Assembly (NCBI GenBank): GCA_963924565.1
Contig: OZ004608.1
Coordinates: 33,542,001-33,606,000, forward strand
Length of the DNA stretch: 64,000 bases
Direction of reading: 5' to 3'
DNA from: Ascidiella aspersa
Taxonomy: Eukaryota
This document shows, in pieces, positions 63,965 to 64,000 of this stretch. A model generated the notes under the pieces. That model worked only from the letters and a program-made list of their open reading frames with translations, was not told the origin of the DNA and did not search any database. Each line of letters starts with the position of its first letter. The stretch's first letter is position 1. The position numbers and the translations under genes were made by a program.

Positions 63965-64000
63965 GGTAGCGTGGCCGAGTGGTCAAAGGCGCTGGTTTAA
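63965..64000 (+). tRNA. tRNA-Leu (probably AAG), 5' half only, cut by the window edge
   Basis: GGTAGCGTGGCCGAGTGGTCAAAGGCGCTGGTTTAA matches the eukaryotic tRNA-Leu(AAG/TAG) 5' half with A-box. The anticodon begins AA at the edge. Confidence 0.8.

Overview
AT-rich, intron-containing animal DNA. An invertebrate chordate such as an ascidian is my guess from gene compactness and repeat style; it cannot be established from the window. All protein-coding genes are on the minus strand: the 5' part of FAF1 (exons 376-2260, continuing off the left edge), a complete 4-exon DNAJC25 (6664-9112), and a ~50 kb tandem array of TLC-domain genes of the TLCD4/TMEM56 type (12.1-62.1 kb). The array has seven apparently intact 7-exon copies (A, B, C, D, F, G, H), one full-length pseudogene (E) and two orphan degenerate exon-1 copies. 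The intact copies share internal exon sizes of 90/59/89/74/153 nt and the HH and E-x-S-[TS]-P motifs but are otherwise highly diverged, in three positional subgroups (A-C, D-F, G-H). The ORF track misses most of this because the exons are short. Introns and spacers are dense in non-autonomous DNA transposons (mostly hAT-type MITEs with 8-bp TSDs, some nested), palindromic repeats, tRNA-like repeats, and a repeat family with a minimal hammerhead-ribozyme-like core. A tRNA-Leu gene starts at the right edge.
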